Positions 60,712 through 64,000 of a stretch of 64,000 nt of DNA are shown in pieces. Under the pieces are notes generated by a model that worked only from the letters and a program-made list of their open reading frames with translations, searched no databases and had not been told where the DNA came from. Source of the stretch: Bacillota bacterium (GTDB taxonomy: Bacteria > Bacillota > Limnochordia > Darwinibacteriales > DTU012); assembly GCA_012840925.1 (NCBI GenBank), contig DUVS01000029.1, forward strand, positions 124,202 through 188,201. The letters run 5' to 3'. How positions within the stretch are numbered: the stretch's first letter is position 1; each line of letters starts with the position of its first letter. A program made the translations under genes and the position numbers.

Positions 60712-62307
60712 CTATAGTGGGAATCCGATCGAGAGACGAACACCATGGAACTTGCTGTTGCCATAGTAACGAATGTCGTCGTAACGAGCATTCAGGTCGT
60801 CGTTGTGTACGGATTTGGTTGTTGTAGCATAGTCTACCGAGCTGAGATACTCTAATCTGAACTTAATGCCGTTAGGAGCATCGTATTTCGAGATCAAAGC
60901 GAACTTGAACGGATTCTTGATTAAGTCCTTGTCGCCAGGCATATCGTATGCAAAGATACCGCCGAGATAGAGATTGGGCAGGCGCCATACATCAGCTGTG
61001 GCACCGACTTCAACAGCGGCGATAGCGTGGTAACGGCTGTCGGCAACATAGTTCTTATCCCAGTCGAAGTTGACGATACCTTGGACAAACACATCAGCAA
61101 AGTCTACAGGCAGGCTGTATTGTGGTGTGTAGAAATCCAAAGCATAGTCGAGACGATTCTTGGCACCATCCAGTACTGGCGCACTGTCTCTGGCGGTGGT
61201 ATCGTCATCTAACAGCAGTACGTCAAACTTTTGATTAAGCTCGAAATCTAATGCGGTTGTATTCAGCGATAACGATACGAGATCATCCAAGTCGCCCCGG
61301 GCCTTCGGATTGGTTGTGTCATAGTCGGCTTTCAGTTCTGCTTCAAGGACATCATAAGTAAACTTGTAGGTTGCACCAACATTGATGCTGTTGCCCCGTT
61401 TATAGAGATTTTCAATGGGCTTTGTATCAGCAATGTATCTGGTCTTGCCATCACTTGCATCTGGGCCGCCAAGTACGGATGGCTTATTCCAGGTGCCTTC
61501 CACTTCATTTTCATGATCTTCCCAGAACATGCTGTTGCGATGGCCAGCACGCAGCCACAGTGTTTCTGGAATAACTTCGTAGTCAGCTGTCACTTCATAC
61601 AACCAGTCTTTGTCTTGGCTGTAGAAAGCATACAAACCGGTCAGGGTCAGACCTGGAACGACATCGGTCAATTGAGCTTCTGCAGCTACATTGTAATAGT
61701 AGTCGTAGAGCTTATCCGGATCGCCAGCAACTGGTACTGAATAACGGTTCAGAGCAATATCCAGATCCAGCACATCAGCAATGGTGGAGTCTACATCTAA
61801 CAGAATGTCGTTCATTCTTGGGCCAAAGAAATCGTTAGGGCTACCTTCAACGTCGTCCACATTGTCTGCTAGAGTAACATGGGAGAACATCCAGCCACCT
61901 TGCAGTGCCAAAACAACCGGGCCTAATTCATAGTTGAAAGTCCCGACTGAGAGACCAACAATGCGGCTCTTGCCGTCAAACTTGGCAATGTAAGGTGAAT
62001 AGTTTACAGGCAACCGGGCACCAAACACTGTGTCTACCTCTTGGCCGTCCTCAATGTAGGCACCTTTAACGGTGATGTTCCAAGGACCATTTTTCCCGTT
62101 GATCTTATAGAAAGGCTTTAAGTAACCTTCCTCTGGGAATTCGCCTTCCGAATCGTAGAACAGCTCGTAGACCAAACCCCATTGACCTTTGTCATCGCCG
62201 AATTCCCATTCGGCTGATGGGTACTTAACTTTTTTGGCAGCAAATGCTGACACACTCAATGCTAACACTAACAGTGTTGTCAAGAGTACTAGTGAGATCT
62301 TCCTCAT
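60712..62307 (-). CDS. Secreted protein, putative outer-membrane beta-barrel
   Basis: Sec signal peptide (SVSAFA|AK), many alternating amphipathic strands with aromatic residues, Asp-rich loops, C-terminal HGVRLSIGFPL. Confidence 0.7.
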   Translation of the reverse strand: MRKISLVLLTTLLVLALSVSAFAAKKVKYPSAEWEFGDDKGQWGLVYELFYDSEGEFPEEGYLKPFYKINGKNGPWNITVKGAYIEDGQEVDTVFGARLPVNYSPYIAKFDGKSRIVGLSVGTFNYELGPVVLALQGGWMFSHVTLADNVDDVEGSPNDFFGPRMNDILLDVDSTIADVLDLDIALNRYSVPVAGDPDKLYDYYYNVAAEAQLTDVVPGLTLTGLYAFYSQDKDWLYEVTADYEVIPETLWLRAGHRNSMFWEDHENEVEGTWNKPSVLGGPDASDGKTRYIADTKPIENLYKRGNSINVGATYKFTYDVLEAELKADYDTTNPKARGDLDDLVSLSLNTTALDFELNQKFDVLLLDDDTTARDSAPVLDGAKNRLDYALDFYTPQYSLPVDFADVFVQGIVNFDWDKNYVADSRYHAIAAVEVGATADVWRLPNLYLGGIFAYDMPGDKDLIKNPFKFALISKYDAPNGIKFRLEYLSSVDYATTTKSVHNDDLNARYDDIRYYGNSKFHGVRLSIGFPL

Positions 62308-62430
62308 CGATTTAACTCCTTTTCTCTAATATTCTTTTACCAAACTCCGTTTACGGCAAATAGTTGAAAGCGACTCTTTCTTCTCTTCCAACCCCCCTTT
62401 GGATATGCACAGGCAGTGCATAGCATATTA

Positions 62431-62684
62431 TATTCATCCCTGCCGATATTCGTCATGAATATCATGCGCATGCATCTGCCTTTCTCCAAAAGAGCCGTAC
62501 TTTACCATGTTTCGTACTTCAATTGCTGGAGAAACGCATCGGATTGCCGCAAACTGCAGCGGTTCCTGCAACCTCACTACAGTTCCTGTGCCAGTGTGGC
62601 CGCCTGAATACCTGGCCGCATCAGCGGCTGGCACTTCGGCAGACAACCCTGCAGCGGCTAGAAATGCATGCAGTACAGGGAATA
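62431..62684 (-). ncRNA. Candidate structured RNA / long 5' leader (family unidentified; strand tentative)
   Basis: Nested complementary segments: 62438-62442/62676-62680, 62445-62451/62457-62463, 62468-62475/62664-62671, 62481-62488/62527-62534, 62588-62594/62628-62634. Confidence 0.4.
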
Positions 62685-62848
62685 CGCCTAATATATTCTA
62701 CATTATTTATGGAATACCTTCTCAAAATCGCCAGTTTTTTACTAAAACGGCAAAAAAATGTTTGGAAGGTAATGGTTATCAATTTATTATTCTCTATGCA
62801 CTGGCAAAATCCTTTTAATCTGGAAAATAAATCCATGAATTTTTTACA

Positions 62849-62875
62849 CAAAAAAAACACCACGTTTCGTGGTGT
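62849..62875 (-). terminator. Terminator after the tRNA
   Basis: ACACCACG-AAA-CGTGGTGT then a T tract. Confidence 0.85.
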
Positions 62876-62890
62876 GAAAGACAAGGGATA

Positions 62891-62966
62891 TGGTGGACCC
62901 CCTGGGATTTGAACCCAGGACCAACAGATTATGAGTCTGCTGCTCTAACCGCTGAGCTAGGGGTCC
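62891..62966 (-). tRNA. tRNA with CAT anticodon, most likely tRNA-Ile2 (lysidine-modified)
   Basis: 76-nt cloverleaf GGACCCC...GGGGTCCACCA, loop CTCATAA, GTTCAAA T loop, encoded CCA; sequence and position downstream of rpoD resemble ileX rather than tRNA-Met. Confidence 0.93.
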
Positions 62967-62984
62967 ATTTACCGTCACCTTGCT

Positions 62985-63014
62985 ATTATACAACGGAGAT
63001 GTCAGTACTGTCAA
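62985..63014 (-). promoter_or_regulatory. sigma-A promoter of the tRNA
   Basis: TTGACA-N18-TATAAT. Confidence 0.8.
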
Positions 63015-63023
63015 CAAACAGGA

Positions 63024-64000
63024 TTACTGGCCCAAGAAATCCTTCAGCTTTTTACTGCGGCTGGGATGCCTTAGTTTGCGCAAAGCTTTGGCTTCGATTT
63101 GACGGATCCGTTCCCGGGTCACACCAAAAACTTGCCCGACTTCTTCTAAGGTGCGCGGCCGGCCATCGTCCAGGCCAAATCTTAAGCGTAGGACCTTTTG
63201 CTCTCTCGGTGTCAGCGATTCTAGCACTTCGCTCAGCTGCTCGCGGAGCATGGTGAAACTAGCTGCCTCTGCAGGAGCAGGTGCATCCTGATCCTCGATA
63301 AAATCACCTAAATGACTGTCCTCTTCCTCGCCAATTGGAGTCTCCAATGAAACAGGCTCCTGAGCAATTTTCATAATCTCCCGGACGCGTTCAACCGGCA
63401 GATCCATTTCGGCGGCAATCTCTTCAGGCGTAGGTTCCCGGCCTAACTCCTGGAGAAGCTGGCGCGAAACCCTAATCAGCTTATTAATGGTTTCCACCAT
63501 ATGCACAGGGATCCTAATCGTCCGCGCCTGATCAGCAATAGCCCGTGTAATCGCCTGCCTAATCCACCAAGTAGCATAAGTGCTGAATTTAAAGCCTTTA
63601 CGATAATCGAATTTCTCAACAGCTTTGATCAATCCCAGATTGCCCTCTTGGATCAAATCCAAGAACAGCATTCCTCGGCCCACATATCTTTTGGCGATAC
63701 TGACAACTAAGCGCAGATTAGCTTCCGCCAACAAGCGCTTTGCCTCTTCATCGCCTTGTTCAATGCTTTTGGCATATTCCATTTCCTGCTCCGCTGTCAA
63801 CAACGAAACACGGCCAATTTCCTTGAGATACATCCTCACAGGATCATCCAGGCCCACGCTATCGGGAACAGACAAATCAAGATCTTCCTCTTGCTGATCT
63901 ACTTCACCAGCATCCTCAAGTGCATGAGCATCCAGCGCATCACCATCGCCAGTTTCAGGAATAATATCCACTCCCAATTCTGCAAAACTCTCGTAAATTT
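63024..64000 (-). CDS. sigA: Primary sigma factor RpoD/SigA (5' end outside window)
   Basis: [73 protein letters not shown]. Confidence 0.98.
   Translation of the reverse strand, partial: IYESFAELGVDIIPETGDGDALDAHALEDAGEVDQQEEDLDLSVPDSVGLDDPVRMYLKEIGRVSLLTAEQEMEYAKSIEQGDEEAKRLLAEANLRLVVSIAKRYVGRGMLFLDLIQEGNLGLIKAVEKFDYRKGFKFSTYATWWIRQAITRAIADQARTIRIPVHMVETINKLIRVSRQLLQELGREPTPEEIAAEMDLPVERVREIMKIAQEPVSLETPIGEEEDSHLGDFIEDQDAPAPAEAASFTMLREQLSEVLESLTPREQKVLRLRFGLDDGRPRTLEEVGQVFGVTRERIRQIEAKALRKLRHPSRSKKLKDFLGQ

Noticed and set aside
62350-62380. c-di-GMP-I riboswitch-like GGCAAA...GAAAG segment
   Set aside because: It is antisense to the downstream gene and lacks the following GACGCAAAGC/P2 elements.
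62434-62912. Small ORFs in the tRNA-porin gap (62434-62646, 62507-62818, 62523-62912, 62621-62884)
   Set aside because: No convincing RBS or motifs, they overlap each other and the tRNA terminator, and the region is better explained by RNA structure.
62891-62966. Calling the CAT tRNA tRNA-Met or initiator tRNA
   Set aside because: It has a paired 1-72 position, lacks the three consecutive G-C anticodon-stem pairs of fMet tRNA, and resembles Ile2 tRNAs in sequence and in its position after rpoD.

Overview
Chromosomal backbone of an endospore-forming Firmicute (Bacillota). It is probably a diderm lineage such as Limnochordia; this is an inference from a beta-barrel-like protein occurring alongside sporulation genes. 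Almost all genes are on the minus strand. In transcription order (right to left): sigA (partial), tRNA-Ile2(CAT), a ~580 bp gap containing a highly structured segment, a beta-barrel-like secreted protein, a CPBP protease, fhs, a LacI regulator with a heterodimeric ABC exporter, nif3, a TraR-like zinc finger and rnpB. Next is a reduced dcw cluster (mraZ rsmH ftsL pbp murE murF mraY ftsW murA ftsQ ftsZ; no murD, murG, murB or ftsA), then spoIIGA-sigE inverted onto the + strand, sigG-spoIIR, ylmC, nrdR, pgeF, ftsK, a short RodZ-like gene, UPF0182, spoIIP and murC. A + strand SNF2/YqhG pair follows, then rimO, pgsA, an FtsH-like protease with a partner gene, DUF441/DUF212, a lipoprotein, cinA, a phosphoesterase, recA recX rny ymdB spoVS, a dipeptidase, dodecin and a holin-like gene. 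The window ends with spoVAF, a three-gene CoA-activase/dehydratase module resembling a split PlsA/PlsR, lysA, a site-2 protease and scpAB. I saw no integrase, transposase, prophage or CRISPR array. The most notable signals are the spoIIGA-sigE inversion with its back-to-back promoter region, the split PlsAR-like module between spoVAF and lysA, and the structured non-coding segment upstream of the beta-barrel gene. All assignments come from reading motifs by eye; no database searches were run.
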